Assembly: GCA_947458705.1 (NCBI GenBank)
Contig: CANHAH010000001.1
Coordinates: 2,151 to 66,150, forward strand
DNA: 64,000 nucleotides
Source of the DNA: Opitutia bacterium
GTDB lineage: Bacteria; Verrucomicrobiota; Verrucomicrobiia; Opitutales; Opitutaceae
Direction: 5' to 3'
Every line of letters starts with the position of its first letter. The stretch's first letter is position 1. Positions 28,232 to 37,733 of this stretch are shown here, piece by piece. Made by a program: the position numbers and the translations under genes. The notes below the pieces were generated by a model that was not told the origin of the DNA, did no database searches, and saw only the letters and a program-made list of their open reading frames with translations.

Positions 28232-28984
28232 TCAACGCTGATAACGCGCGCGGTATTCACGGGGGGTGTCGCCCATGATGCGGCGAAACTCCTTCGCGAA
28301 ATGACTCTGATCGGCAAAACCGAAGGCGCTGGCGACCTCGGCGAGTGATTTTTTGGAAAACACCAAAGCGCTGCAGCTCATGCGCACGCGCATCAAGCGC
28401 ACGTAATCGTGCGGCGAACTTTGATACGTGGCGCGAAACTGACGCTCGAACGCGCGAACCGAGAGCCCGCAGGCTTTTGCTAGCTCTTGATTAGTAATGT
28501 TTTCAGCAAAATTTTGACTCACGAAGCGAATCGCCTCGCTCAGGGGTGAATCCGCGGGGGTGCGCTTGCCTTGGGCGGGGAGCGGACGCGTAACGCCAGC
28601 GGTCCCGACGACGTTGCCGCGGGCATCGTGCAGGGGTATTTTCGAGGTCACGCACCAGCGCGCGGTGTGGTCAAAACGGCCGACAAGTTCGACCCGTGAT
28701 AGGATTCGCTCCCCGCGGAGCACGCGCTCGTCATCGATACGGTATTGGTTGGCAAGTGCCTCGCCGCAAAGATCGTAATCGTTGTGCCCGATAACTTCTT
28801 CGCGAGTTTTCAGGCCGAAATTGAGGATAAAAGAGACGCTCACCCATTGGTAAGTGCCGGCGACGTCTTTCATCCAAAGCGGCAGATCCTCGAGGTAATC
28901 AAATAGCTCGATCACTTCCGGCGCCGACGCTCCGATCCGCAACAAACCGTTACGGAGTGTGGAATCGACGAGGACGCGTTTCAT
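28232..28984 (-). CDS. AraC family transcriptional regulator with N-terminal PAS-like sensor region
   Basis: C-terminal double HTH (ITNQELAKACGLSVRAFERQF...LAEVASAFGFADQSHFAKEFRRIMGDTPREYR). The start is set at MKRVLVD (28984) to avoid overlapping the nadA ORF. Confidence 0.85.
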   Translation of the reverse strand: MKRVLVDSTLRNGLLRIGASAPEVIELFDYLEDLPLWMKDVAGTYQWVSVSFILNFGLKTREEVIGHNDYDLCGEALANQYRIDDERVLRGERILSRVELVGRFDHTARWCVTSKIPLHDARGNVVGTAGVTRPLPAQGKRTPADSPLSEAIRFVSQNFAENITNQELAKACGLSVRAFERQFRATYQSSPHDYVRLMRVRMSCSALVFSKKSLAEVASAFGFADQSHFAKEFRRIMGDTPREYRARYQR

Positions 28985-29087
28985 GCCCCCTAAAACACCA
29001 TGAATTTTGCCCGGCGCAAGCGCTGGAATAGCGCATTGTGACACGATCCGCTTTTGACGCCAGCCGCCAAGCGCCTTTGGTGAGGAC

Positions 29088-30149
29088 ATGTCTGGGCTCA
29101 CGTTCATCCCCCCCTCCCCTGCTGAACTCGATTTGGAAGCCGAGCGCTTGCTAAAAGCGCTGCTCCACGTCGAATGCGACCCACGCGGGAAAAAATGGAA
29201 CTACCAAACCTGCTTCGAAATTGCCCCGCTTACCCTTGAGATTAACCACCTTAAAAAGGAAAAAGACGCCGTCCTGCTGACCCATTCTTACGTTGAGCCC
29301 GAGATCGTCTACGGCGTGGGTGATTTCAAGGGCGACTCCTACTTTCTTAGTCTCAAAGCCCGCGAAGCCAAGGCAAAGGTCATCGTGTTTGCGGGTGTGG
29401 TTTTCATGGCGGAAACCGCCAAAATTCTTTCGCCCGGCGCCACCGTCATCGTACCAGACCGCGCCTCGGGTTGCTCCCTGGCTGATTCCATCGATGGGGC
29501 CGGCGTGCGCAAACTTAAGACGCTTTATCCCGACGCCACAGTCGTCTGCTACATCAATAGCACCGCCGAGGTGAAGGCTGAGAGCGACGTCTGCGTTACC
29601 TCCGGCAACGTCTACGCCATCGTAGCCAACCTGCCGGCCCAGCGTATCTTATTTGTCCCTGACCGCCTCATGGCCGACAACCTCCGAGAGGAACTGCGGC
29701 GCCGCGGGATCGCCAAGGAAATCATCTCCTCGGACGGCACCTGCATGGTCCACGACCAGTTCAGCGCCGCCCAGGTGGTCGCCGCCCGCGCTCAATTTCC
29801 CGGTCTGAAGGTCGTCGCCCACCCCGAATGCACCGCCGAGGTCGCCCAGGTCTCCGATTTCGTGGGCAGCACCGGTGCGATGATGAAATACGTCAAAACG
29901 ACGCCTGCGCCGTATTTTCTGATGCTGACGGAATGCGGACTGGTTGGCCGGCTAGAGGTCGAGGCCCCTGAAAAGCAGTTCATCGGTGGCTGCCGGCTAT
30001 GCCCGTACATGAAGTTAAATTCTCTGGAAAAAATCCGCGACGCCCTCCGCGCTCCACGCCCTGATCAGATCGTCACGCTTGAGGAAAACCTCCGTCGACG
30101 AGCGGCCACCTGTATTGAGCGGATGTTTGCCCTCACGCCCACCGAATAA
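29088..30149 (+). CDS. nadA: Quinolinate synthase
   Basis: INHLKKEKDAVLLTHSYVEPEI, VVFMAETAKIL and CPYMK cluster-ligand blocks. It carries a ~50-aa N-terminal extension relative to what I expect. Confidence 0.9.
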   Translation: MSGLTFIPPSPAELDLEAERLLKALLHVECDPRGKKWNYQTCFEIAPLTLEINHLKKEKDAVLLTHSYVEPEIVYGVGDFKGDSYFLSLKAREAKAKVIVFAGVVFMAETAKILSPGATVIVPDRASGCSLADSIDGAGVRKLKTLYPDATVVCYINSTAEVKAESDVCVTSGNVYAIVANLPAQRILFVPDRLMADNLREELRRRGIAKEIISSDGTCMVHDQFSAAQVVAARAQFPGLKVVAHPECTAEVAQVSDFVGSTGAMMKYVKTTPAPYFLMLTECGLVGRLEVEAPEKQFIGGCRLCPYMKLNSLEKIRDALRAPRPDQIVTLEENLRRRAATCIERMFALTPTE

Positions 30150-30161
30150 CCCACTTTTTTC

Positions 30162-31016
30162 ATGCTCACGCCCCGCACCGCTCACTTGATCGACCTGGCC
30201 CTCGACGAAGACGCCGGCCTAGGCGACCTCACCAGTCGCGCCATTTTTCCTGCGACCCATCGCTCCCGCGCTTTCATTGAAGCCCGTCAGGACCTCACGC
30301 TCTGCGGCCTCACCATCGCCGCCGCTGTCTTCACCCGCGTGGACCCCACCATCAAAGTGAAGCTCACTTCAGCCGACGGGGCGCGCGTCAAAAACGGCGC
30401 CCACCTCCTCACGGTCAGCGGCCCGACCGCAGCGCTGCTCACGGCCGAACGCACCGCGCTTAACTTCATCCAACGTCTCTCGGGTATCGCCACCCTCGCC
30501 CGGCGCTACGCCGATGCCATCGCCGCCACCACGACTCGCGTGGTGGACACCCGCAAAACCACGCCCGGCTGGCGCGCCCTCGAAAAATACGCCGTCCGCT
30601 GCGGCGGCTGCCTCAACCATCGCTCCTCCCTGGGCGAACACATCCTCATCAAAGACAACCACATCGCCGCCGCCGGCTCGCTGACCCGGGCCGTGCAGCT
30701 CGCCCGCGCCGCGGCGCCCCATCTAGCCAAAATCGAAGTCGAGACCACCACGCTTATTGAGGTAAAAGAAGCCCTCCGCACCGGGGCCGAAGTCATTTTG
30801 CTCGATAACATGTCACCGGACCTCGTGCGTCGCGCCGTCACGCTCATTGCCGGCGCAGCCCGAGTCGAAGTTTCCGGTGGCGTCCGCTTTGAGACGCTAC
30901 GCGACTACGCGTTGCCTGGTGTGGATGTGATCAGCATTGGCGCGCTGACCCACTCCGCGCCGGCCGCCGACTTGAGCCTAACGATTTTGCCTGCGCGTTC
31001 CGCGCCTAAAAAATAA
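30162..31016 (+). CDS. nadC: Nicotinate-nucleotide diphosphorylase (carboxylating)
   Basis: ERTALNFIQRLSGIAT, DTRKTTPG and LIKDNHI are canonical NadC blocks. Confidence 0.92.
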   Translation: MLTPRTAHLIDLALDEDAGLGDLTSRAIFPATHRSRAFIEARQDLTLCGLTIAAAVFTRVDPTIKVKLTSADGARVKNGAHLLTVSGPTAALLTAERTALNFIQRLSGIATLARRYADAIAATTTRVVDTRKTTPGWRALEKYAVRCGGCLNHRSSLGEHILIKDNHIAAAGSLTRAVQLARAAAPHLAKIEVETTTLIEVKEALRTGAEVILLDNMSPDLVRRAVTLIAGAARVEVSGGVRFETLRDYALPGVDVISIGALTHSAPAADLSLTILPARSAPKK

Positions 31017-32581
31017 TGCGCCTGGTTCGCACCGACTGTCTTGTGATCGGAGCCGGACTCGCTGGCTCAGCCTATGCCCTGCACGCCGCACGCCTCGGGC
31101 ACAGCGTCGAGTTACTCTGCTTGGCTGAACCTCTCGCGGCCAATAGCGACTGGGCGCAAGGCGGGATTATCTACGACCCCGCCGAAACCACCGCCACTGG
31201 TTCGCTCGCGCAAGATATCCAAGCCGCCAGCGACCACACCTCCAATCCCGCGGCTGTGGCCCAACTCATCCACGAAGGTCCCGCGGCCGTGAAAGAGCTC
31301 CTGCTCGACGAACTTCACGTCGATTTTGACCGCTCCGCCGCCGGTGAACTCGAATTAACGCGCGAAGGCGGCCACAGCGAGAAACGCATCATTTACGCCA
31401 AAGACGCTACGGGCCACGCCATCCTCGAGCGCGTCGCGCACCGCGTGAACTCCACGCCTCGCATCACCCGGCGCACAGGCTGGGTCGCGATCGACCTACT
31501 CACGCTCTCGCATAATTCCACCTCCGCCGCCGATAAATACAAACCTCTCACCTGTTTCGGCGCCTACGTGCTCGACATCGCAACGGGCGAGACCGTGGCC
31601 CTTGTAGCCAAAAAAACCATCCTCGCCACCGGCGGGCTCGGGCAGATTTTCCAGCACTCGACCAACCAGCCCGGCAGCGTGGGCCACGGCGTGGCGATGG
31701 CGTACCGGGTGGGTGCGCGTCTAATCGACCTAGAATACGTCCAATTTCACCCGACGGTTTTTGCGAAGAAAAACGCCCCGCGTTTTCTGGTGACCGAGGC
31801 GCTCCGGGGCGAGGGCGGGGTGCTCATCAACGCCAAAGGCGAACGCTTCATGGATGCCGTGCATCCCCGTGGCTCACTCGCCCCGCGCGATATTGTGGCT
31901 CGCGCCATCCAGCGCGAGCTTTCCACCAGCGGCGAAACGTGCGTCTACCTCGATCTCTCGGCGATGACCCCCGAGTTTATCCGTGAACGTTTCCCCAATA
32001 TCCATGCTCGTTGCCTCAGCTACGGCGTGGATATATCCCGAGAGCCGATTCCGGTCGTGCCGGCAGCCCATTTTGCCTGCGGTGGCGTCCACACCGACCT
32101 CTATGGCCGGACAAATATTCTGCACCTTAACGCCATCGGTGAAACCGCCTGCACGGGCTTGCACGGGGCTAACCGCCTGGCCAGCACCTCGCTACTCGAG
32201 TGCCTTACCAGCGCAAAGTTCACCGCACAGGCCGATGCCGCTGATCTGGCCCGCGGCACGTTTTCTCCCAGCGAACCCCGGGCCTGGGAAAGCCCGTCAC
32301 GCGTGGCTGATCCGGTGCTAGTGCGCCAAGATATCGAACAGATTCGCACCACCATGTGGAACTACGCCGGTATCGTGCGCTCGCCAAAACGCCTCACCCG
32401 CGCCCGCCGTATTTTGCTCGAGTTGCGCGAAGAAATTCAGGATTTTTACCGCGGATGCGCGCTGACGCGCGAGTTAATCGAGCTACGCAACGCCATCCAA
32501 ACCGCGCTACTGGTCGTCCACGCCGCCACACTCAACCCCCGCAGCCAAGGCTGTCACTACCTCGAGGTGGACTCCGATTAA
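31016..32581 (+). CDS. nadB: L-aspartate oxidase
   Basis: DCLVIGAGLAGSAYAL FAD motif, FHPT, and GLHGANRLASTSLLE. The start overlaps the nadC stop by 1 nt (TAATG). Confidence 0.92.
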   Translation: MRLVRTDCLVIGAGLAGSAYALHAARLGHSVELLCLAEPLAANSDWAQGGIIYDPAETTATGSLAQDIQAASDHTSNPAAVAQLIHEGPAAVKELLLDELHVDFDRSAAGELELTREGGHSEKRIIYAKDATGHAILERVAHRVNSTPRITRRTGWVAIDLLTLSHNSTSAADKYKPLTCFGAYVLDIATGETVALVAKKTILATGGLGQIFQHSTNQPGSVGHGVAMAYRVGARLIDLEYVQFHPTVFAKKNAPRFLVTEALRGEGGVLINAKGERFMDAVHPRGSLAPRDIVARAIQRELSTSGETCVYLDLSAMTPEFIRERFPNIHARCLSYGVDISREPIPVVPAAHFACGGVHTDLYGRTNILHLNAIGETACTGLHGANRLASTSLLECLTSAKFTAQADAADLARGTFSPSEPRAWESPSRVADPVLVRQDIEQIRTTMWNYAGIVRSPKRLTRARRILLELREEIQDFYRGCALTRELIELRNAIQTALLVVHAATLNPRSQGCHYLEVDSD

Positions 32582-32652
32582 GCCGACCCAGCTAAACTGG
32601 AGGGCAACAATTTGTCCTCGACCCACCGATTAGAAGCAGTGAAGTAAGTTTT

Positions 32653-32690
32653 CGCGTCTCTTCCCCGCTTGTGACGCGTCTTTTCCCCGC
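32653..32690 (+). promoter_or_regulatory. Two 16-bp direct repeats (CGCGTCTCTTCCCCGC / CGCGTCTTTTCCCCGC) with 22-bp period upstream of the Tat-Gfo/Idh/MocA gene
   Basis: Read directly. One mismatch. The repeats end 34 nt before the ATG at 32724. The regulatory role is inferred. Confidence 0.35.
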
Positions 32691-32723
32691 ATCGTTTCCA
32701 TCCCCGTTCCCTTAATTATCCCC

Positions 32724-34223
32724 ATGAAATCCTGGTCCCGCAAAGAATTCCTGAAGGCCTCACTGGTTGGCGGTGGCGCCGCCCTGATCGCCGGTCAAAC
32801 CCGCCTCTTCGGCCAAGTCGCCCCCGCTGCCGGTAGCGCCAATGGCGACGTGCGCGTCGCTGTCGTCGGCATCAACGCGCAAGGCGCAGGCCATATGCGT
32901 GATTATCTCAACAAGCTGCCCGGCGCCCGCCTGGTCGCCCTTTGCGACGTCGATACCGCCGTCCTCGCCAAGCGGCGCGAAGAATGCGAAAAAGCCGGCG
33001 TTAAACCCGAGACCTACACTGATTACCGCAAGCTCCTCGAAAACAAAAATATCGACGCTGTCGTCCTTGGTACACCCAACCACCAACACTCGCTACAGAC
33101 AATCTGGGCCCTCCAAGCGGGCAAAGACGTGTACGTTGAAAAACCCCTCTCCCACAACATCTGGGAAGGCCGCCAGGCGCTCGCCGCCTCGCTCAAGTAC
33201 ACCAAAAATATCGTCCAGACCGGCACGCAAAACCGTTCTTCCCTGGATATCCAAGAAGCGATCGCCTACGTGCGCTCCGGCCAGATCGGCAAAATCCAAT
33301 GGGCCCGCGGCCTTTGCTACAAACCCCGCGAAAGCATCGGCCTGACCACGGGCCCCCAAGCCGTTCCCGCCACCATTGATTACGATCTGTGGACCGGCCC
33401 GGCGAGCCTCACCCCACCCCGACGCAACGGCTCTAAAGGCCCGGTCCACTACGATTGGCACTGGTTCTGGAACTATGGCGGCGGCGACATCACCAACCAA
33501 GGTATCCACCAGATGGATGTAGCCCGCTGGTTCCTTGGCGAAAACGGCTTACCCTCGAGTGTCATGAGCCTCGGTGGCCGGTTCGGTTACCGCGACGACG
33601 CCGAGACGCCCAACACGCTGCTATCGGTCTTCAATTTCGAAAAAGCGCCACTGATTTTCGAAGTCCGCGGCCTGCCGATAAAAACCGGCATGAAGGCCAT
33701 GGATAATTACCGCGGAGCCCGCGTCGGCGTCGTCGTCCAATGCGAAAATGGCTACGTCACCGTCAGCGAAAGTGGCACCGCCAACATCTACGACAACGCT
33801 AACACGAAAATTAAAGCCCTGAGCAATGGCGGCAACGGCGCCCACCGGGCTAATTTCGTGAAAGCGGTCAAAAACCGCAAAGTTGCCGTCGGTCTCATCG
33901 AGGAGTGCCACTACTCCACCGCTCTTTGTCACCTGGGTAATCTCTCCTATTTGGTCGGCGCGGATAAATCCAACGCCGCCATCGCTGAAGCCATCAAAGC
34001 TTCTGCGCCCACGACAGAAGCCTACGGGCGCATCCTTGAGCACTTGAAGGCCAACGCCGTCGATGTTGCCACGACTCCGACGGTCCTCGGGCCGTTGCTC
34101 ACGTTTGACCGCAAGACGGAGATGTTCACTGGCGCCGACAAAGTTGTGGTTGATGCGGCGAACAACCACGCGCTCCGCAAACGCGTGGGTCGCGGCGCCT
34201 TCACGATTCCGCAGCTTGCCTGA
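32724..34223 (+). CDS. Gfo/Idh/MocA family oxidoreductase with Tat-type signal (periplasmic)
   Basis: SRKEFLKASLVGGGAALIAG signal, VRVAVVGINAQGAGH Rossmann motif and EKP motif (VEKPLS). Confidence 0.85.
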   Translation: MKSWSRKEFLKASLVGGGAALIAGQTRLFGQVAPAAGSANGDVRVAVVGINAQGAGHMRDYLNKLPGARLVALCDVDTAVLAKRREECEKAGVKPETYTDYRKLLENKNIDAVVLGTPNHQHSLQTIWALQAGKDVYVEKPLSHNIWEGRQALAASLKYTKNIVQTGTQNRSSLDIQEAIAYVRSGQIGKIQWARGLCYKPRESIGLTTGPQAVPATIDYDLWTGPASLTPPRRNGSKGPVHYDWHWFWNYGGGDITNQGIHQMDVARWFLGENGLPSSVMSLGGRFGYRDDAETPNTLLSVFNFEKAPLIFEVRGLPIKTGMKAMDNYRGARVGVVVQCENGYVTVSESGTANIYDNANTKIKALSNGGNGAHRANFVKAVKNRKVAVGLIEECHYSTALCHLGNLSYLVGADKSNAAIAEAIKASAPTTEAYGRILEHLKANAVDVATTPTVLGPLLTFDRKTEMFTGADKVVVDAANNHALRKRVGRGAFTIPQLA

Positions 34224-34246
34224 GCGGTTTGATTTAAAAACAAAAA

Positions 34247-34273
34247 CCCCGGTCAGTCGACCGGGGTTTTTTT
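34247..34273 (+). terminator. Rho-independent terminator
   Basis: CCCCGGTC-agtc-GACCGGGG is followed by TTTTTTT, 24 nt after the stop codon. Confidence 0.85.
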
Positions 34274-34485
34274 GCGGCCTCTCATTGGATTCCCGGCGTG
34301 AGCGCCGATCATCCAAACAGAAGCAGAGCGTCGTTATACTAACGGTGCTTAATTTACAAATTTTGTATTCGGATTTTAAATACAATTAATCCATTCATAA
34401 AATTGATTATTAATAATCCTGCTGAAATGGAACTGCCTGTGCAGCGCCGAGTTGTCTGTAAATTAGGGCATGGCGGGATTGAACT

Positions 34486-36015
34486 TTATTTGGATTCATC
34501 AACGACGATAAACCGGCTGCTGCCATTGCGCCAAAGGCGGACAAGTACTTTGGGGCCTTTGATTTCCTCGCTTAATTTGACGGCTTCATCCGCATTACGC
34601 ACGGGGCGTCGATCCAGTTCGAGGATGATATCGCCCTCGCGCAGGCCGGCGCGTGCGGAGGGACTGTCGGCCTCGACAGAGGTGATGATCGCGCCTTCGA
34701 TGCGCCGCGCTAGATTCAACTGCTCACGTAGCTCAGCAGAAATATCTCCTACGCCCACGCCATTGAGTACACCGATATCTTTGGCCTCTGGCGTTTCGTT
34801 GCGATCGCCTCCGGCGCGTTTTTGTCCGGGTAGCGCTGTTAATTTTACCTTCACTGTACCTGGTTTGCCGTCGCGGAGGTATTCCACTTTGGCTTCGGTC
34901 CCGGGAATGAGGCGCGTGACCGTAAGTTGCAGATGACGGGGGTCGCGGATCGCCGTGGTGTCGATTTTAGTGATAATGTCGCCGCTCTTAAGGCCGGCTT
35001 TTTCGGCGGGTGTATCGGACTGTACATCGACGATGAGCGCACCTTGGTTGACTTTAAACATCGCGGAAAGCTCAGCCTCGAGTGGTTGCGTCTGAACGCC
35101 GAGAAACGCTCGGTCGACGCGGCCTGTTTTGACGAGTTGTTCAGCGATGGAGCGCACTTGGTTAATCGGGATGGCGAAGCCGACGCCGTTAAAACCTCCG
35201 CTGCGACTGAGGATCGCGGTGTTGAGCCCGATGAGACGGCCCTCGACGTCGAGAAGGGCACCGCCGGAGTTGCCGGGGTTGATGGCGGCATCGGTCTGGA
35301 TAAAATCTTCGTACGTCTCGATTCCTAGACCACCACGACTAAGTGCACTGACGATTCCGCGCGTGACGGATTGGCCGATACCAAAGGGGTTGCCGATAGC
35401 GAGAACGACGTCCCCAATTTCAAGCATATCGCTATCACCCAGCGTGGCCGCCGTAAGATCGTTCGCATCGATTTTTATGACCGCGACATCCGCTTTGGGG
35501 TCGCGGCCGATGATGGTGGCTTTGAATTCACGGCGGGGCTCACCGAAGGCGACCTTCACCTCGTCGGCGCCGTCGATCACGTGGTTATTGGTCAAAATAT
35601 AACCGTCGGATGAGATGATCACCCCCGAGCCGAGGCCTTGTTGAACAGGGCCGGAATCACCGCGACTCCCGCGGTTACCACGGCTGCCGCGTTCGCTGCG
35701 TTCATCGGAGTCGGGTACACCGAAAAAACGGCGGAACTGGGGGTCATTAAAAAACGGCGCGGCTTCGGTCGCTATTTTGGTTTTCTTCGAGGAGAAAACA
35801 TAAACCACGCTTGGGGCTGTTTTTTTGACGATGCTAGAATAGCTGATGCGATCGGACTTGTCGCGGTTAATGGATTTAGGGTCGGCCTTGAGTATAAGCG
35901 GAGGGCGCTCGGAGGTTTTGGTTTTCTCTTCGGCGCGGAGTGTGAAGCTAGCAAAATTGCCCACGCTTGAGAGGGCTGCTAAGACGAGAGCTAAACGAGT
36001 GAATCGAGGATTCAT
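34486..36015 (-). CDS. htrA: Do/DegP/HtrA family periplasmic serine endopeptidase with two PDZ domains
   Basis: TNNHV (His), catalytic GNSGGAL, and two PDZ-like segments (GDIITKID, GDIILELD). Confidence 0.92.
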   Translation of the reverse strand: MNPRFTRLALVLAALSSVGNFASFTLRAEEKTKTSERPPLILKADPKSINRDKSDRISYSSIVKKTAPSVVYVFSSKKTKIATEAAPFFNDPQFRRFFGVPDSDERSERGSRGNRGSRGDSGPVQQGLGSGVIISSDGYILTNNHVIDGADEVKVAFGEPRREFKATIIGRDPKADVAVIKIDANDLTAATLGDSDMLEIGDVVLAIGNPFGIGQSVTRGIVSALSRGGLGIETYEDFIQTDAAINPGNSGGALLDVEGRLIGLNTAILSRSGGFNGVGFAIPINQVRSIAEQLVKTGRVDRAFLGVQTQPLEAELSAMFKVNQGALIVDVQSDTPAEKAGLKSGDIITKIDTTAIRDPRHLQLTVTRLIPGTEAKVEYLRDGKPGTVKVKLTALPGQKRAGGDRNETPEAKDIGVLNGVGVGDISAELREQLNLARRIEGAIITSVEADSPSARAGLREGDIILELDRRPVRNADEAVKLSEEIKGPKVLVRLWRNGSSRFIVVDESK

Positions 36016-36167
36016 AATTGGGATTTGGAAGGGTAATAGACTAGCCGATCAGACTTTTTCAAGTGGGGTGGGTTCCCTTTTGCTTAAAATCGCTTTCGGA
36101 AAACATTGCGCCTTAACCTGCTCGCACCCTTGACCACGCGCATGCGATACGGCATGTCTCTCCGGCT

Positions 36168-37727
36168 ATGTCAGAAGCCACCACTCCCGCTCCCGCCGCC
36201 CCGGCACCTGTTTCGATGGATAACCTCGTGGCGCTCGCGAAGCGCCGCGGCTTTATTTTCCAATCCTCCGAGATTTACGGCGGCTTCAATGGCTTCTTCG
36301 ATTACGGTCCCCTGGGCGCTGAATTAAAGAAGAACATCCGCGATTGCTGGTGGGCAGATATGGTGCAGCGCCGCGACGATGTCGTGGGCATCGAGACATC
36401 GATTATCATGCACCCGAAGGTCTGGGAGGCTTCAGGCCACGTCGCTGGCTTTTCCGATCCGCTGGTGGACTGCAAAGTTTCCAAGCAACGCTACCGAGCG
36501 GATCAGCTGTTTTTCTCGCCCGTCGTCATTACCGGAGCGGATGGCGTGGCGCAGACCGTCGGCTACGTCTCGGCGCTTGAAAGCGAAAACACCGCGGGGG
36601 AACTCCAAACAGCCGCTGAGTCTTTCAAACGCAAAAAAGCCCTTCAGGGCACCCTCTCGCCTGCTGTGGCCAAAGACCTCACCGAAGCTCGCGAAGATCA
36701 GATCGCGTTGATCCCCTCACCCGCCACCGGCGAACCCGGCAGCCTCACCGCTCCGCGCGCATTTAACATGATGTTCCAGACGAACGTCGGCGCCATGACC
36801 GATGGTTCTTCCGTCGCTTATTTGCGGCCTGAAACCGCGCAGGGTATGTTCGTCGATTTTAAAAACGTCGTGGATACTGGCCGCGTAAAATTGCCATTTG
36901 GCATCGCGCAGATCGGCAAGTCATTCCGCAACGAGATCACGCCGCGCAACTTCATCTTCCGCTCGCGTGAATTCGAGCAGATGGAGATGGAGTATTTCAT
37001 CCACGAAGACGCCGATTGGTCCAAAGTCCACGAAGAGTGGATCGCTTGGTGTGAAGCGTGGTTAAAGAGCATCGGGTTACCCGACTCCCATCTCTCGCGC
37101 TACGCGCATCCAAAGGAGAAACTTGCGTTCTACTCCCGCGGTACGGTGGACATCATGTTTAAATATCCGTTTGGCGTGCAGGAGCTCTGGGGCATCGCCG
37201 CCCGCGGCAGCTACGATCTCACGCAGCATGCGAACGCCTCCGGCAAGCCTCAGGAAGTTTTCGACGAAGCCACGAAAAAGAAATTTGTCCCACACGTCAT
37301 CGAACCAGCCGTCGGCGTCGATCGTATTTTCCTAGCGGTCCTGTGTGCAGGCTACGCCGAAGAAGCCGTGACCGACGAAAAGGGGAACACTGAGACACGC
37401 ACCGTCCTGCGCCTTAGCCCACGCATTGCGCCGGTCAAAGTGGCCGTCCTGCCTCTGCTCAAAAACAAAGAGGTCTTGGTGGCCCGCGCCCAAGCTCTCT
37501 ACAAAAAACTCCAACGCCGCTACGCGGTATTTTACGACGAGACGGCTGCTATTGGTCGCCGTTACCGTCGCCAGGATGAGATTGGCACACCCTGGTGTGT
37601 GACCATCGATTTCGACACGATCGAGAAACCGGGCGACACCTTTACCCTCCGCGACCGCGACACCATGCAGCAACGCCGCGTTACCGAGGCTGAACTTTTT
37701 GCTCTCCTGGAAGAGCATATTTACTAA
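36168..37727 (+). CDS. glyQS: Glycine--tRNA ligase (class II, alpha2 type)
   Basis: [32 protein letters not shown] and [25 protein letters not shown] (motif 2) are classic GlyRS blocks. Confidence 0.95.
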   Translation: MSEATTPAPAAPAPVSMDNLVALAKRRGFIFQSSEIYGGFNGFFDYGPLGAELKKNIRDCWWADMVQRRDDVVGIETSIIMHPKVWEASGHVAGFSDPLVDCKVSKQRYRADQLFFSPVVITGADGVAQTVGYVSALESENTAGELQTAAESFKRKKALQGTLSPAVAKDLTEAREDQIALIPSPATGEPGSLTAPRAFNMMFQTNVGAMTDGSSVAYLRPETAQGMFVDFKNVVDTGRVKLPFGIAQIGKSFRNEITPRNFIFRSREFEQMEMEYFIHEDADWSKVHEEWIAWCEAWLKSIGLPDSHLSRYAHPKEKLAFYSRGTVDIMFKYPFGVQELWGIAARGSYDLTQHANASGKPQEVFDEATKKKFVPHVIEPAVGVDRIFLAVLCAGYAEEAVTDEKGNTETRTVLRLSPRIAPVKVAVLPLLKNKEVLVARAQALYKKLQRRYAVFYDETAAIGRRYRRQDEIGTPWCVTIDFDTIEKPGDTFTLRDRDTMQQRRVTEAELFALLEEHIY

Positions 37728-37733
37728 GCCGTT

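Noticed and set aside
33621-34385. 254-aa minus-strand ORF running from the AT-rich gap into the Gfo/Idh/MocA gene
   Set aside because: It is antisense to a gene with clear Rossmann and EKP motifs and crosses a strong plus-strand terminator. No family resemblance.
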